Assembly: GCF_000143415.4 (NCBI RefSeq)
Contig: NW_003314306.1
Location: forward strand, 1,179,199-1,243,198
Length of the DNA stretch: 64,000 nucleotides
Reading direction: 5' to 3'
Origin: Selaginella moellendorffii
Taxonomy: Eukaryota > Plantae > Lycopodiophyta
The notes under the pieces were generated by a model. The model ran no database searches and had not been told where the DNA came from. It saw only the letters and a list, made by a program, of their open reading frames with translations. Shown one piece after another: positions 49,372 through 61,218 of the stretch. Position 1 is the stretch's first letter, and every line of letters starts with the position of its first letter. The position numbers and the translations under genes were made by a program.

Positions 49372-51142
49372 TCATAGGACGCGCGGCTTCATCACCACCG
49401 TCGAGTGCTTGGCAATATGCAAGCTGAACTGTCCACCCTTCTCGCTCACGTCAATCTTGTCGCATCCCGGTGGTGGCAAGAGCTCAAACTTGGCAACGAG
49501 GCTTCCAATCACCAAGTGGAGCAGCGGCATGGCGATGATGATCCCTGGGCAGCTCCTCCGCCCCACCCCAAATGGCAGGAATCTAAAGTCATTGCCGCTG
49601 GCCTCGATCTTGCCGTCCAGAAACCTGCTTGGATCGAACACGTCGGGCTTGTCCCACAGCTCCGGATTGTTCCCCAGCCACCACGCGTTCACCAAGATCT
49701 TGCTCTCCGCCGGGATGTCGTAGCCGGCCAGCTTGGCGGGCCGGAGGTTCATGTGTGGCACCAGCAGAGGGATCGCCATGTGGTAGCGGAACGTCTCCTT
49801 GATCACGGCGGTGAGATACGTGAACTTTGGAATGTCGGGCTCCGTGATCGGAACTCCCGGCCCCAAGACCCTGTCGAGCTCCTCGCGAACTTTGTCTTGG
49901 ATATCCCTGTTGTTGACGAGCTCGGCGATGACCCACTCCATTGACCAGAGGGTGGTCTCGATAGCTGCGGGAGAAAACGGCGCCGAAACGTTAGGAAAGT
50001 GGTCCATCTGGTAAAGCAGTAAACGACGATAGGTAGGTCGTCACTCACCAGCAACGTTTATGTTTTCCACTATGTACAGGACGTTGGCTTCGGTGATCTC
50101 TCCCTGCTTTTGAGCCTCCAAAATGTGATCGATGGCAACCTTGTCGGGTCCGGTCTTTCCAGCATTCAGCAATTGCCTGCGAGCACACAAGGTTGAGATT
50201 AGATATGGCTACCAGAAAGTCAAAACAAACAAAAAGGGAAAGCTCCAAAACTACGTGAAGAGCTTACTTGCGCTCGTCCAGGAAGTATTTCTTGAAGAGC
50301 CCCAGCCGGTTCTCCTTCACGTCCTTGCACATCTGCAGGTAGCGCTTGAGAAACGGGCGCAGGATGGGGATGAAGTCGCCGTAGTTGTACTCGAAGCTCT
50401 GCGCAAGCCGGCTCCTCTCGCCATTGAGCTGCCGGAGCTTCAGGAAGAGCGGATCATCCTCGCTCTCGAAGCGCCGATCAAACATCATCTTGTACATGAC
50501 GTTGTACATGAGCAGCTGGAGCCTCCTCCGGATCACAGTCCCGCCCTCCTGCGCCTCCTTGTTGGCGAGAAGATCCTTGAGCACGAACTCGATCTCCTGC
50601 TCCCACACGGGCCTCGACTGCTGTACCACTTTGTTGGTGAAGAACGGGACGGTCATGATCCTCCTCATCCGCCGCCAGTGCTCGCCGTAGACCGTGAAGA
50701 CCATGTCCTGCCCCTTTCCGGTGAAGATATCAAACACCACGTTTCTCGTGCGCGATCCAAACTCCACGCCCTGCGTGTGGAGCACCTCCTTGGCGAGCTC
50801 GGGCGAGGACACCACGACGAGATTCCTCTGCCCCATCTTGAGCAGGAAGATCTCGCCATACTTCTTGGCGAGCTCGGCCAGGTTGCGGTGATTGAGATCG
50901 TCCCCTACCTGGAGCCAGTTCCCGAATATCGGCACCGCCGGAGGGCCCGGCGGGAGCTTGAGCTTCGGTCCCAGCGCCTTGGAGGCGAGAATCGCCCCAA
51001 GAACGAGCACCAGGAGGCCAAACAGCACCGTCTCGAGGCGGAGAGGAGACGATGCCGCCGCCGCCAGCGCGGCCTCCTCCGCCGCGGATGCTACATTGAT
51101 CATCGCTGCCACGGCTAGCAATGTCGCACTGCCCCGATCCAT
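49372..51142 (-). CDS. C4H: Cinnamate 4-hydroxylase (CYP73A), 3 exons
   Basis: [73 protein letters not shown]. Exons 50268-51142, 50049-50176, 49372-49964; the start may be at 51103. Confidence 0.98.
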
Positions 51143-51304
51143 CGCGACGAGCTTTCCCCTGCGGCAGCAGAGAGACTGGATTAAGCAAGATGGCAGGATT
51201 GCGCAGATCTGGCAGCTTACCGGAGCTAGATCTCACAGCGCTCTTGGCGTGGGAGTTCCTACACCTCAAAGGGAGGCTAAGGAAATATTTAGAGACCGCT
51301 TTGC

Positions 51305-51477
51305 CCTATATACTCCCAAAGGTGTTATCACCGTCCAATCTCTGTCAGCAAACCATGGCTGCGATCCACGCGTCCAGCGCCTAGCCGTCGGATCTGCCAG
51401 ATGCCGGTTTGAGTGATGGACAGGCGCTTGACTAGTAGAGCACGTGTAGCGGCTCCCGCCACAAAGAGGTAGGTAAG
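51305..51477 (-). promoter_or_regulatory. C4H promoter: AC-I element, G-box, TATA
   Basis: ACCTACC (minus, 51468-51474), CACGTG 51441, TATATA ~51307. Confidence 0.7.
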
Positions 51478-51679
51478 CTGGCCGGGATCTTTGCGAATAT
51501 TCTTGGGATTTGTACGGATGTGTCCCATGTATTGTAGTTTTTTGGATCGTGATCCAGGTCAATGGTAGCCACGATGGCCGCATTTGATTTTCTTTGTGAA
51601 AGATGCCTTCGAGCTATGATAGGTATAGCTCTCGTAAGAGAGACGCACAAAACTTAGTCTCTTAATAGTTTAAGTTTTC

Positions 51680-52135
51680 TCCACGGCTCCATCACCACCT
51701 GTGGAGTGCCCGCCCACAAACTTCGATGACAATTCCTGAGCGGCTTCTTCGTTCCACCCAAATGGCAGAGATCTCGAGTCACATTGCTACTGACCTCTTC
51801 CTGAAACATGGTTGGATCGAAAACGTCTGGATTCCTTCATAGCTCGCGAAGGAGTCGCCATATATATGGCAGTGGAAGGTTTCTCCTAGGATACGTGAGC
51901 TTTGCGGGTTCCGTCCAAGACTTTTTCTTAACTAATCCCTTCCTGGTTGAAAAGTTCCATGATGATCCACTCGAGGTTGACAATAGCGCCGCAACAGTGT
52001 CCCGTGGAGCGTTGTAAAAGTCCACCGCACCAACGATTGGTAGGTCGTCACTCACCGGCAACCTTGATATTCTCCAGGATGTTGTCTTGTAGGTGGATCT
52101 CTCCTCTGGTAGATCTCACACTTGTCGGGTCTAAC
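51680..52135 (-). pseudogene. Deletion-riddled C4H (CYP73A) 3' pseudogene
   Basis: PDK..GEI..NILENIKVA/gtgagtgacgacctacc, EWIIMELFN, TEP.KLTY, EL*RNPDVFDP, LPFG(V)ERRSRSGI, HST.VVMEP; all collinear with the adjacent C4H. Confidence 0.8.
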
Positions 52136-52180
52136 CATCCGAGCGCAAGAAATAAACAATCAGGTCTGGTCTCGTTTCTT

Positions 52181-52810
52181 TCACGCGCGAGGAACTACAG
52201 TCATGGATCTCAAGTCAAACAACTCCCGCAAGTACTCATATCTTGGTTTCAGTGTCAGCAGTTCCCAGTTCGCCACACCCCGGCAGTGAATCACGAGCTT
52301 CTCGACTTCATGAACTCCAAGTAATTCCCTGAGAACCATCATAGGGTCACTCGAGATGAACAGTGAGATCCTTGCGCCTGTAGACACAAACCACTGCAGA
52401 AGAGAAAGAAGGAAGAAATATCGAAATCCACCTCAAAAGGGCATGTATCATCTCCACGCTAGATATTGTCCATGGTCATCTTGGGTTTGCTGGCGAAGAA
52501 CTGGAGGGAGAGCGTCGAGACCACAGGCGTGAACCGAGAGAGTTTGACGATGGAATCCATCTCCCATAATCCAGTTAGCGTCAAGTTACGCAGCTTCTCG
52601 TATGGCTTGTCAAAAACACAAGAGCTAACCAGCATGGCCGCCCTCAAATCCTCGGAGCGCAACCGGATGCTCGCTCGAGTCATAACAGAAGAACTTTCAG
52701 CCGCAGGGCATATTGCCCAAACAAGTTGAGAGTTCTGAGGCTGCCATTCGAGACGAAGTAATTCTAGCCCTCAAAACGTCCAGCCTCGGGCATGATGCTA
52801 CCAGCATTTG
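52181..52810 (-). pseudogene. Truncated tandem copy of the F-box/LRR gene (C-terminal half)
   Basis: MLVASCPRLDVL and SIRLRSEDLRAA..CVFDK..EKLRNLTL.GLWEMDSI parallel 53300-53680. Confidence 0.75.
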
Positions 52811-52884
52811 TGTGAGTGTATTATCACCGTTGAAATTAAGCAAGAAAATTCGTCAAATTTTCTAGATTTTTTCCTTGCTGACGG

Positions 52885-54200
52885 CTAGAGATGGATCGAT
52901 AACCATGGATGCAACTTCTCATGCGTGAAAGAAATGCGACAAGGAGACAACGAACGCAAGTCGGACAGCACCCGCAAGGATTCGTAACTTAGTCTCCCTA
53001 GCACCAGCTTCAAGTTGGCCACATCTTTGTAGTGAATACCAATCCCTTTGACTCCAAGTAAATCCTTGAGAACCAACGCGTTGCGCAGTGCAGACTCCTC
53101 CACATGAACAGTCAGATTGTTGAGAAGATCGGAGACACCCCCAGACACAAATGATTGCAACGCAGATCAGTAAGAAAAAAGAAAAACAAAGACAAATGAT
53201 CAAGATCCACCTGAAGAGAATGACAGTCGCAATGTAAAGTGTCCACACTACCAAACGAAGATAAGAGCCTGTCGATGGTGATATTGTGGTGGCTTTTAAA
53301 ATAAAAAAGGGAGAGCTTGGAGACCAGAGGCATGAACCAAGACATCTCGGCAATCGTATCCATCTCCCAGGCTCCAAATAGCGTCAAGCAACGTACCTTC
53401 TCGCATCGCTTGTCAAGAACACAACAGCCGTAAAAGCTGGCCACCTTCAAATCCTCGGAGTGCAACCGGATGCTCACTAGAGTTCCTGGGCTGTGTACTC
53501 CCACCAGCAGAGCTTCCAGCTGTGGGGCGTCGATTGTAAGCTCAAACGCCTCAAGGTCCTCATCGCATTGCCCGAGCACACTCAGAGCTTTGAGGTTTCC
53601 ACTCGAGACTGTAAGGGATTGCCCGCCAACAATGACAGCGCTCAAAACCTCCAGCCTTGGGCACGATGCTAGCAGCATCGGGAGCAGCGCGTGAGGGACG
53701 GGGCTGACAAGCTTGCAAACTTCTAGGGCCTGGAGAGAGCACGACACCAAGCTCTTGGTGCTAATGCCCATCGTCCCACTTATGTGGATCATCTGGATCG
53801 CGGTGGAGCACGCGATCAAGCTCCAGACCGCCGGTCCCCACTCGAGCCCTTCCAGTTGGAGGGCGAGCCTTGTGACGGAGCCAGCAGCCCAGGCAAGCCA
53901 GTGACCGCTAACTTCCATCTGGTCGTCGCCATAGCCACACTGGAGCACGACGCTGAGCTCCTTGAGGCAGCCGGGAGCCTTGTACTTGGCGCGGTGGAGG
54001 ACGCTGGAGATGGTATCCTCGGCGTCCCTCACCTCCTCCATGCTACTTACCTCAAAGTCGAAGTGGAGGCGAGAAACCGCCGAGCTCAGCTCCCGCCATC
54101 GCTTGCACACCAGCGAGCACTCCGCGAGCTGCCGCGCATCGCCCACCTTGCTCAAGATCTCCACCAGGGTGCTATCGTCCAGCTCCACGCTTCGCCTCAT
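52885..54200 (-). CDS. F-box/LRR (RNI-like) protein; last splice acceptor appears mutated
   Basis: LDDSTLVEILSKV...CSLVCKRWR (F-box), LLASCPRLEVL-type LRRs; donor after 53211, putative last exon 52885-53154. Confidence 0.8.
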
Positions 54201-54470
54201 TCGACACCCCCTGCCCTGGTTTCAAAAATGAAACGTTTAGCTACGTTCCGTACAAGACGTATTTGCGTATCGTACGCTGAGAGTTCTGGCCATGTGGCCC
54301 AAGAACAGGGGGGTCGCCGTCTCAAATCTCGTGCCCCGCAGTTTCAGCGAGAATGGCTTCATTATCCTGAAAAACTGGTCATGGAGGATTTGCTGTGAGA
54401 GAGCCCGCATTTCTCATCCCCCTTGTTTCTTGGCTTCCAGGAGCTAGGGTTTTCTCGCGCGCGCTAGGCA

Positions 54471-55201
54471 ATGGCGGCCTATCCCGGGACAACCGCGATC
54501 ACCACAGAGCTCATACAGAAGGTGCGTGAGTGAGTGGTGTTTTCTTCCTTTTTTTTTGGGGTGTGCGTGGGCGGCTTTAGGTTGTCTGTCCAGTAGCATC
54601 TATAGTTTTTCGGATGGAATGTCGTTTTCCTGTGCAAGAGAACGTTTCATTCCTTTTTGGGTTTTAGGAGAGGAGCATAAAGTGATCTCTCACAGTTTTG
54701 TAAGGCCAAAGCTCACTTTTTTTTGCTCTTTTCTCTTTTGGATTTGGTGCTGCAGTACTTGGACGAGAACAAGCAGCTCATACTTGCAATCCTTGACAAC
54801 CAGAACCTCGGCAAGCTTAATGAATGCGCGCAGTATGCCACTGACTCGAAAATCTTCGATCTCCCCCTCTCTCTCCGGCTGGTTTCTATTCGAATCTCTT
54901 CTTCATTTCTTTAAGCTTCTGCCTTCTTTCGCTGGATGAACACCGAATTCATGGAAGGTGGAACTTAATTCTTCCCTGCTTTCTCTTTCAGGTACCAGCT
55001 GAAACTCCAGCAAAATCTCATGTACCTCGCTGCCATAGCTGACGCTCAGCCACAACCACCTCTTACAGCTGCTCAGGTACCTTTGACGTAAACTCTTAAC
55101 CTGCGAGAAGAAGAGATAGTTTAGTGTGGATGCTTAAGAAAAAATCTCTTTTTTTTTTAGGTTCCTCCCGGGAGTATGATGCAACCGGGGCAGCACTACA
55201 T

Positions 55202-55234
<33 letters not shown>

Positions 55235-55685
55235 CATGATGCAGCAGTCGATGCTCGGGCAGCGAAATCCAATGCAGTACATGCAAGCGCAAGGCCCGAT
55301 GCATCCCGCCGCTGCTGCCGCCGCCGCCGCGGCTGCACAGCAGCAAGCCATGGCCGTCCACGCAGGGATGGTTTCAGGAGCTCACAACGGACTACACATG
55401 CTCGGAGAGGGTGGCGTTGGCGGCAATGGCCCGGCGGGTGCCGGGAGCTTTGCGGACTTTGGGAGAGCAAATGCCAGCGCTGGAGGTGGTGGGGATGGCC
55501 TCCAGACGAGCATCGGGCTCGGACAGGACATGAGGAGCGGCGCTCCCGGGAACCGGGAGATGGGCGGCGGTGGCGGCGGTGGCGGCGGAGGTGGCGGCGG
55601 CGGAGATGGCGGTGCTTCCGGAGTTCAAGGAGGAGAAGATACCGAGCCATCTTACTTGAAAGCTTCCGAGGAGGACGGGAACTAA
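54471..55685 (+). CDS. GIF: GRF-interacting factor (SSXT/SNH domain), 4 exons
   Basis: ITTELIQK/YLDENKQLILAILDNQNLGKLNECAQ/YQLKLQQNLMYLAAIADAQP; Q/G-rich tail with (CAG)n and (GGC)n. Confidence 0.95.
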
Positions 55686-56731
55686 CGGGAAGAGAGCGCC
55701 AGAAGGGAACACTCCGGATCGCTGAGATGGACAACACAGCTACAAGCCAGGCTCGTTTTTCTTTCACTTGTTTCTCGATTATTTTTCCTGGGATGGATGG
55801 TATCCTGCCAAGAACTTTTCACAGGCAAAGTTCTAGCGGCAAGAGCAGGGAGGCTTTCCAGTGCTAACTCTTTTTCTTCTTTCTTTCTTCTCCGTTTCCC
55901 CTTTTGCATAGATCAAGTGATGGTATCTTTAGTTCCGCAAAGTTCTCTGTAAGCTACTTTGTTTGTCCTAATGTAATCAAATCCTTTTCGTCGTTTCTTT
56001 AATGAGCTCGACCGCTTTTGCTCTCGCTCTCGTTCGATCGATCGATCGATCGAGGAACTCCACGACAAAGGGAATGTCTCTCGAGCGAGAGGGACAGCAA
56101 GCCGGAGGAGCGAAAAGCCGGTGCATGGTTCCAATCATTGGTTTAATCTATTGTGGTTAGGCACATGGCAGTGTTGGAATTATTTCCAGATTTAATCGCT
56201 TGAGGGCTCGCCCGTACGTGGCTGGCGTCAACTTTTGCATCACCCCGGGGCCGGGGGAGCAATTAACTATGCTAAATGGCATGCACGTTAATTAAAAGCG
56301 GAACGATATGGTTTCCATTCCAATGGGTTTTGACGTTGGCGAATTTAAAACGACCGCGGCAAGTGCCACGCTGGCAGGGTGGACACGCGGGCGATGCCCA
56401 TTTGCTGTCGCGATGGCCGTTTCCAGGTGGCGGGGGCGTGTTACCTTTAACAGGCGGTGAGATTTTGTCTTTGACTGCCACTAGCACATAAAAAACCAGA
56501 GTAAGTCCGATATAGAAACTTTCTTGCTGGAAGCTCTAGGGCTTAATGCCGCGGACAGCGCATTTCTCTCTTCCCAGGCCGCGGTGTGAGAAGCTGCGAT
56601 AGATTGGAGGAGGGAGATTTCGCTCGCGATTTTCTTCTCTGAATCGATCACTCTCTTCGCCGGAATCAATCTCTCTTTCTTGGCGATTTCCGTCGATCGA
56701 CTCGATTTCGTTCTTGGTCTCTTGACATTCC

Positions 56732-57172
56732 ATGGACAGAGTGAAGCAAATGGTGAGGCGATGGCAGAAGTTTTCATGCGCGGGGAGTTTCTCGAGCGCG
56801 CCGGCGATGGAGTCAGAATGGAGGAAAGGAGGCGGCGAGGGCGACGCGGCGGCGCTGCTGCCCGAGGGAGGAGCGCTCACAGTGTACGTTGGGAGGGAGA
56901 GGCGGAGGTATGTTCTTGGCGACGAATACGTGAATCATCCCCTCTTCAAGTCCCTCCTCGCCAGGAAATCCGCGCGCGAGGCCCTGGATCGCGGCTCGTC
57001 GCCGGGGAATCCCCCGGATTTCTCCTCCAGCGCCGCCGCGCTCGAGCAAGAGATGTGCATTCCCTGCGAGGTCGTGCTGTTTGAGCATTTGCTGTGGATT
57101 CTCAGCAGCGACGACGCCGTGGAGATCAGGGACTCGGCGGAGGAGCTTGTGGATTTCTACGCGTGGGCATGA
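56732..57172 (+). CDS. SAUR: SAUR family protein
   Basis: VYVGRERRRYVL...VNHPLFKSLL...IPCEVVLFEHLLW. Confidence 0.92.
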   Translation: MDRVKQMVRRWQKFSCAGSFSSAPAMESEWRKGGGEGDAAALLPEGGALTVYVGRERRRYVLGDEYVNHPLFKSLLARKSAREALDRGSSPGNPPDFSSSAAALEQEMCIPCEVVLFEHLLWILSSDDAVEIRDSAEELVDFYAWA

Positions 57173-57538
57173 TCATCGCCCCCTGGAAAGTCATTTCGGC
57201 CCATTTGTTCTTGGCAAGGAGAAGGGAGAATATTCCTCCCGCAAATCCACATTCCTGGAATATGCTTGTAACAAAGCATCTGTTGAATATTCTATTGGAG
57301 TATGAACATTCGTGGAATATGCTTGTGATTTGACTAGCAAAACCCTAAAGTATCTTCGGTTCTGTACAAAGAAGAATGTGGTCTGCCACGATCGAGATCC
57401 GCCACTCTTTGAGAAGTAGATCGATCATTCCCCACTCAAGAAATCAAAAAAAAAATCTAGAAAGCCCTGTGTTTGTGCTGTTCCACCTTGCCAATCAAAC
57501 GGATTGTTCTTTCCTCCCCGCGGACTCTGTGGATTTGA

Positions 57539-58003
57539 TCAGAAGGATTTTCTCCCCAAATCCTTGAGATCGCTGTCCTTGTTCTTGACGAGCAGCAGCA
57601 TCTGCTCGAACTGGCGGGTGTCGCAAGCGAATTTGAGGCCGCCGCTGTGCTTGAACCCAAACTCGGACGCGGATTCCTCGAGCAGCGGGCGGAACACGGG
57701 ATGATTCAGGAGATGCGCTCGGATGATGTAGCGCTGCCTCTCCTCGCCCACGTACACCGCCAAGCAGCCCTTCGGGACGTCGCTGGAGATCCGGGCGCTG
57801 CTGCTGCCGCCGGAGCTGACGCTTCTTCTCGGAGGATCTAGCTTGCAATACACGGCTTTGCGCTCCACGACGTTGGAAGTGGAGCAGCCCATGAGATTGA
57901 AGTGGAAGCCCAGATGGTGCTGGTGCTGCTCGTGCTGGGATCCCATCTTCTTGGCCTTGCTCACCACCAGGTTGTGGATGTTGTTGCTGCTGCTGTGGAT
58001 CAT
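57539..58003 (-). CDS. SAUR: SAUR family protein (start uncertain)
   Basis: DVPKGCLAVYVGEERQRYII..LLNHPVFRPLLEESASEFGF..GGL...CD...F. Confidence 0.92.
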   Translation of the reverse strand: MIHSSSNNIHNLVVSKAKKMGSQHEQHQHHLGFHFNLMGCSTSNVVERKAVYCKLDPPRRSVSSGGSSSARISSDVPKGCLAVYVGEERQRYIIRAHLLNHPVFRPLLEESASEFGFKHSGGLKFACDTRQFEQMLLLVKNKDSDLKDLGRKSF

Positions 58004-59227
58004 ACTTTCTCTGGAACGGGAAATGCTCTCCCCTCTTTTTATTTGCGGAGATATGTGGGATTTGTGGCGAATTCCTGGAGATAAATGACAGATCTTTGGC
58101 TCAGCGTCCGCCTCGTGTGTGACGAAGAAAGCGCGCCAAGAGAGATTTGCAAGATCGAAAATGGGGCCTCTGTATAAGAACGCAAGACAAGAGCTAGAAG
58201 ATGACCTTCCTTATATCACACACACTAAGAGATCATGAGAAACGAGAGATTAGACAAATCTTTGTGAGGATTTGGAGAGCGCTCTAGAGAAATTACCCCT
58301 TTTTTGGGGGAATTTGACTAGGCAGCAGACATATCTACATGCCCCACTCTTTCTCTCCCTTTCTTTTGTTTTGCTTTACCGCCACCTTCGCTAACACTCG
58401 AGCGCAAGCGCCAGCCAACGTCTCCTCGTTTCTAGAAACAGGTCTGCGCGTGGCTGGCAGATGGAATGGTGGTGTAAAATGTACCTAAAGCGCTTGCGCT
58501 CTGGCCTTTGTGTAAAGTTTGTGAAGAAATTTGTTCTACCCCACACTCCACGAGAGGCCCACACAACACTCTTTCCCCCAAATGGCCTGAAGCTTTGCTG
58601 TAAATTATGACCGTCATCGTGGAGACCACTGAACTACCACCTAAGAACAAAATGAAAAGAAAATTGCCCAATTGCAAGAGTTTGTGCTTGAAATCGGAAA
58701 AATTCTTGCATGCGAAGGTACGGAGAGAGTACCCGCAAGTGCACCTTGACGGACATGTATGTAGAACAGTCTTCATACTGTACATACACGTATCCTACTT
58801 TGTAGACTTGGACCCACGGGAAAAGATTCCAAACACCAGGTCGCACGGATTTGTCCTTCTGTACATTTTGTTTTTTTTTTGGAGGTCGACCCTTGAAATC
58901 AAGACTCAACCTTCTCAGTTGTTTCGTCGTTTTCTCAAGTTTTTATTCAACAATTTTCATTGTTTTTGCGTGGTTCCTGTCAGTTGTCCACTATCACGGA
59001 ATATGTTGTCCATTATCACGGAATATACCTAGACGAAATCTGATTGATTTTGGTTGACTTGGCACTGACGGTTTTTCCGGAAGTATGAAATATTGGGAGG
59101 CTGAGTACTAATTTAGCTTGCTCTTGATTAATCTGTGGACGGGAAGGACGACAGGTAGCTGAGAATATCTAAGTTATAAGTCCAACAGGTGGACTTTCAG
59201 ATTCTGTGACCTCTCGCTACACCAGCT

Positions 59228-60056
59228 ATGGCTCCGGAGCTCCTCAAACAAGGTAAAATTAGGAAGCAATATCTCAAATGGAGCAATGTGGTGACTGAGG
59301 ATTGTGTGAAAGGTCTTGTAATTGAAGGGACTCAGTTTCCTCCAGGTTTGACATCTCCGGTTTCACAGAAAAGCCTCTTCCTCGCTGGAGCTGGTAAATT
59401 CCTGCCATGTTTCTTGTCCAGAGCTATTGATTGTAATGCCGGTGTCTTTCAGGTGTCCGGAGCATACAGATAAATCCCCAAGTGACCATCACTGTCACAG
59501 TTTTGGGATTTTACTTCGAGGACGGCATCTTGAAACATCTGTCCGGGAAATGGTCGGGGAAATCTGGCTCGGAGCTGGAGAAGGAGGACGATTTCTTCAC
59601 GGATATCATCAATGGTATGTATGACACTGTTGCAATCCAATCCAAGGTTTTGATATACTCTTTCTTACGCTAGCTCCATCCGAGAAAATCTTTAGCGTGA
59701 CGATGCTCAAGCCTCTTCCTGGCACCGAGTTCTCAAAGAAAGTCATGGAGAACACAAAGCAAGTGCTGGCCGAGTCGAATTCTCTTGGCGAGGACGAGGA
59801 GAAAGCAATTGAAGAGTTCTCCAAACTTTTCGAGGACCAGGCCCTCAAGCCAGGAATGGGGCCGTTTTACGTGTCTTCCTCCTCCGGCCTTGGAGTCGGC
59901 TTTACGGACCCAGACGAGCCATCCAACTTAAAAATCTCGTCTTCAATAGGAAACGTGAAGTTTGCAAACGCTCTCCTGAGCACCATGATCGGGAAGAACC
60001 CGGTGTCTCCAGCTTCGAAAGCTTGTATCGCGCAACGCCTCTCAGCGCTGCTGTAA
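59228..60056 (+). CDS. CHI: Chalcone isomerase (type-II-like residues), 4 exons
   Basis: Exons 59228-59252, 59313-59393, 59453-59614, 59674-60056; FLAGAGVR, TVLGFY, KWSGKSGSEL, EFSKKVMEN, STMIGKNPVSPASK. Confidence 0.9.
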
Positions 60057-60079
60057 TCGAACGTTTCGAGAGTTTACCA

Positions 60080-61218
60080 TCTCTTTGTGTAGTAAGATCA
60101 AACGAATACCTCACGGGATTAACGTTGACGTATGTTCTTCGTGATCTTAAATTTGGACCACTGCTCATTCCTTGGAACAAAATCCGGCCTCACCACCAAT
60201 CCCTCTCGTCAATCCTGACGTAAATCCCCTCCACGGCTCCATCCCTGTCCGCCGAGTTGCAAGACATCAGAAGCTTCATCCACTTGGCCTTGCTCTTGAC
60301 CAGCATCCCATCAACCATGAAGATCCCGGGAACTTTTTCTATCGACTCCTCCTCAGCTTGATCCCAGCGTTAAACCTCTCCCGGCTGTAAAATCTCTCCT
60401 TTTCAACGTCCAGGATGTCAAATGCGATGAAGTAGTCCGGTATCCTAGTAATGGATCGAGTGAATGGCCACCATCCACTCGCCATAGAGTATCATCTTTC
60501 CCGGCTCGTCCCCCAGCAAGCGAAACAGCCTTTCGTTTTGCTCAGTAATCCACCGGTCCAAAACTTCATACTCGAGGATATGAAGTGAGAGCGGTTCTGT
60601 GCGAGGATCCTGCCGTCGTAACCCAAGCTAAAGGCCATGTTTGCTCCATCGATCTTCGCCTCAAAGCCGTCGTCATCTCCAGTGCGGTGCTCAAGTCCGC
60701 CACCAAGTCGTCCGGTGTGCCGCTCTTTCCCCCGGTGTCAAACCTGGTATACCTTTTCACAAAGTCCTCCAGCCACTTAGTTTCCAAGACGCAGCTCAAT
60801 GGCTTTGGCGGCGGTCATTCGCGGCGGCTCTCCCGTCCTTTGGGATGGAAATGTGTGAGCGTTCATCTTCTCACCGCGCGGTACAGTCGAGAAGCCTTGC
60901 AAAAGGGTCTACCATGGCTCACGAAATAGCACGCCAGGACGGTACCGCCGGGCATGGTGATGGAGGAATGGAGCATTTCCGAATTTCCTCCTCTTCCTTT
61001 AAGCGCCAAGAAGATGGAGTTTGCAAATTGTTTCCATCCACGTCACTCCACAAGGTGCTATTCGCCGCGGAAGAACTCCTGGGCTCAAACGCTGGCACTT
61101 CCCAGCTCCAGCTCCGGAATGCCGACGACTCTCCTATCCTGGTGAAGATGCTACACTCGACTCCATAGCCTGGCATGATTCACTCCACTCAGGAAAGATT
61201 TAAGAATGGACTCACCAT
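60080..61218 (-). pseudogene. Dual-specificity/PTP-type phosphatase + ATP-dependent RNA ligase (Rnl2-like) fusion, pseudogenised
   Basis: GTVLACYFVSHG and MTAAKAIELR..LET...EDFVKRY (phosphatase tail); FDTGG.SGTPDDL, FEAKIDGANMAFSL..ILAQNRSHF, ILYGEWMVAIHSIHY, PDYFIAFDILD, VEGIYVRIDE, VVRPDF...W (ligase motifs). Several frameshifts. Confidence 0.8.

Noticed and set aside
56075-56080. AuxRE TGTCTC upstream of SAUR
   Set aside because: A single hexamer ~650 bp from the ATG is expected by chance.
58430-59030. ORFs of 90-140 aa upstream of CHI
   Set aside because: No motifs or coding bias that I could recognise.
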